Assembly: GCA_030704615.1 (NCBI GenBank)
Contig: CM060731.1
Location: 72,354,001 to 72,418,000, forward strand
Origin: Takakia lepidozioides
Lineage: Eukaryota > Plantae > Bryophyta
DNA: 64,000 bases
Direction of reading: 5' to 3'
The translations under genes were made by a program, and so were the position numbers. Position 1 is the stretch's first letter. The number at the start of each line of letters is the position of its first letter. Below are positions 61,101-64,000 of this stretch, in pieces. The notes beneath the pieces were generated by a model that saw only the letters and a program-made list of their open reading frames with translations, did no database searches and had not been told where the DNA came from.

Positions 61101-61976
61101 ATGGAGGCAGGGAGAGAGGCTTAATGACTTTGAGGTTTGTTTTCTCCCAAAAGAAGCATAGATGGCGTGAAATCACGCGAACTTCGTCCATTGGCTTAAC
61201 GAAGGCACGCGGCAGACAAAGGCCCTTCACACAAACATCAAGACCCCAAAAGGGCCTGGGCTTTTGGCTCAGCCACGAGATTTTCAAAGTTGGCAAACAG
61301 AGGCACAGGAACAATTCCCTTGATGGAATTGAAGAGGCTGTCTCTCTGGAGAGAATAACCAGAACAATGAATCAGGAAGTGGATATTTTCTTCAGGTGGC
61401 CCTTACAACGGGCACTTACAATCCCCCATTCCTCTCTGCGTCTGTTTGCTGTTCAAATGTAGGCTACCCGCCGGTCTAGTGTCGAGAGTGGGTAAACCTT
61501 TGAGGTCATCCATGATGGCCTCACCCATGTCACAGACTGGAAACAGGTTTCTGCCTACAGAGAGAAGTTTTCTGCCTAGATAGAGAGAGAGAATGTACTC
61601 AGAAGTCTTTGTTTGCAGTAGCCTTGTGGCCATAGACCCCGAGTCCAGTTTGGACAGAAACATAGGGAGCAAAAACTACCTTTGGCAAGGGTTCACTCGG
61701 TAGTGTGACTTACCTTGGCACAGACAATTAGTTTGGGCTTTCCAGATATCCTCTAGAAATTCCTTCATACAAGCTTCAATCTGCAGTGTGTGAGGTGCAG
61801 GAACCATGTTCTTGATGTTCCTGAAGAGGATCACTATCTGGTGAGACTACCCCGGATCAGAAAATGAATGTTGTCTTCAGGTTGCCCGCATATCGGGCAA
61901 TTACAATCTCCTTTTCCTCTCTGAATCTGTTTATTGTTCAAAGGTGGGCTTCCCGCCCTGGTTTAAAATTCAGTCT

Positions 61977-62007
<31 letters not shown>

Positions 62008-63685
62008 ACCCCTACACAGGAACTTCATCATGTTGTGCGGGCATGTTTGGTTTTTGGCTCTCGAGGTGCTTGGAGTTTGATACAAAGTTTGGCCAAGCTT
62101 CTACTTTGGGCTTTGGCCTCTATTGTTGCCTTTATGACTTTGCTTGGGTATTGTGTGAAGAGATTTTCCCCCCTTTGTTTTGAAAATAAAAAGAAAGAGA
62201 CACACACACACCTGAGATAATAGCTTTGCTGTCAGGACTCGTTTCGGCAAACATCCAGGCAAAGGAAAGGCCCATGATCAAGATGAACGAACCGAACAAA
62301 GCCTCCAGCTTTCTAACCCCAAAGTTTTCCAGAAACAGAAACACAAACCTGCACACTCCCACGTGACTGCCTTGGAAACTATGTCCAGAGATGTAGCATA
62401 TAATACATGCAACATAAGAGAATCCTCCTATACGCTTTGAGAATGCCCTGTCTTCATATCTAACCAGCATGCTACAACCCACAAGAATACCTACAGGCAA
62501 TCATCCCCAGAAACCTGTGAAAACCTTTTTTGGGCCTCAGGAGCGAATCTATGGGCTGGAAGGGGGGGTCGCCGCCTCGTCTATCTGTTTGGATGGATCT
62601 AAACTTGCAATAAAGAATACTCTTATCGCACATTGTGAAGGTCTGAGGACAGTGCTGTGACCAAAATCAGTCTGAGTTGCTGGGAGCATTGTGTAATCTA
62701 TGGTTAGAAAAAAAATTCGGAGGTCATTCTAAAGCATAAATATATGGAATTACCAATGTCAGCCCCACTGATGATCCATCTGCTGAACTACAGGCAACAT
62801 GGGTCCACTCAAGTCAAAGGTGATCAGTCTCTACTGGGTACATCCCTTAAACTGTTTCGAAATCCTAGACTACAATGATGTTACTCTGGGTACGTGAGCA
62901 ATGACCCTCTTCACAACTCATGATGGCCTCTAAAATGTTGGCACTAAGCAAAAAATTAGAGGGTTTGTGCCCTAACATTCACCCCTCCCATCTGAGTGAG
63001 AACAGAGGTGGATTGGGGGGGGGAGCATTAGGTAAGACATGAGATGAACACAAAACAAGCATATTGACGAAGACAAGTTGCAGAAGAGAATGACATACCC
63101 ATCAACACCCGTGATGAGCACACCAGCCCACAAGGGAATGTAGCCATTGGACAGTATCCTAAAGGCAATGGCACTCCCAATCACCTGCTGTACATCCGCA
63201 CCTATGATTGCAACCTCTGTCATAATCCAAAGGAGGCAGCGAGCCCAAGTTGGGTACTCCTCCCTACAAAGTTCCGCCAGGTGGTAGCCCGTGGCCACAC
63301 CCAGCCTCGCTGCAAGCATTTGAATGAGAAGGCCCATGACGGTGGCCCACATAAGTAGCCATAGCAATGTATATCCTGCCATCGCCCCGGACTGCAAATC
63401 ACTCTCAATGTTTCCTGGATCGAGATATGCTATGCTCATTAGAAATCCAGGACCTGTAAACATCCACAGCTTTCGCCATGAAAATTTCGGGAGAAAATCT
63501 AGGTCACCTCCTTCCAAGTCCTCTTCCACCTCATCTGAGAAAGACACGTCCACTTGCTCGGATTTCTCATATGCCCTTTCATCCTCTAGATCTGGAAAAC
63601 GGTGGGTTATGGCGCTCCGCCTTTCGTCCAACTCGGTGGCTCTGAACGGCACGAGTGGCTCTGAATCTGAGCTTATGGGAGCCAT
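58121..63685 (-). CDS. NRAMP: NRAMP divalent metal transporter (NRAMP2/3/4-like group)
   Basis: [25 protein letters not shown]; [13 protein letters not shown]; [14 protein letters not shown]|QFVMAGFL. Exons 63685-63099, 62348-62212, 60649-60254, 59947-59691, 58936-58722 and probably 58145-58121. Confidence 0.95.
60750..61980 (-). mobile_element. LINE 3' fragments (partly duplicated) in NRAMP intron 2
   Basis: [18 protein letters not shown] resembles 6200-6800. ~60750-60920 repeats ~61615-61770. A 3' hairpin GGGGTC-TTC-GACCCC (~61068-61082) precedes an (AT)n/T tail at ~61026-61055. Confidence 0.6.
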
Positions 63686-64000
63686 TTCCACACCGTTTTC
63701 TCTAATAATGTCTGTCGAATCCCCACAGGACACTAAACTCGTTCCCCGAAAGCAGTTGGACCCAAAATTCTTGTGATTCCTCTGCAGGTAGCAGCCCTGC
63801 TTCTTTGAATTTCACTCCGTTGAAGCCTTCATCTTGTTCTCCAACATGACTTCTCCCAAAAATGATATCAAAGAATCTCCGACGCTAGTGCTGTCGCAGG
63901 CAGAAAAACCTACTCTGAGTTTAGACATACCACCTCCTCACCAATACTTTACGATCTTTTTACCCAAAGACTGGCCGATCTTTCTCTTGATCCAAGAGCT

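Noticed and set aside
63686-63733. NRAMP start at GTG 63733 as given in the ORF track
   Set aside because: Non-ATG start in a eukaryote; the first in-frame ATG is at 63685, although an upstream exon cannot be excluded.

Overview
Eukaryotic nuclear DNA from a land plant; a non-seed plant is inferred from the TE and kinase types but not proven. The left ~30 kb is a nest of transposable elements. It holds the 3' part of an internally deleted non-chromoviral Ty3/gypsy element, whose integrase frame runs on into a Cys/His decapeptide repeat and a CCHC knuckle, followed by two extra ORFs, a PPT and the 3' LTR. It also holds a complete ~6.9-kb chromovirus (LTRs 9119-9836 and 15318-16044, TSD ACGGA) inserted beside a restriction-like-endonuclease LINE remnant. 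Further right lie an unexplained ~6.5-kb block (a ~49-bp-period palindrome array, an intronless decayed kinase, foldback hairpins and a 120-bp satellite), a 5'-truncated L1 and a full tRNA-derived SINE with TSD. The right ~34 kb holds four host genes: a POK-like kinesin-12 (+) with MSA promoter elements, a 6x87-aa stalk expansion and many short (CATTT)n-tailed LINE ends in its introns; a DUF4057 gene (-); a FRA10AC1 with an intronless CDS (+); and an NRAMP transporter (-) with E->Q at a conserved proton-pathway residue. Exon boundaries were read by eye and all family calls come from motif recognition; no searches were run.
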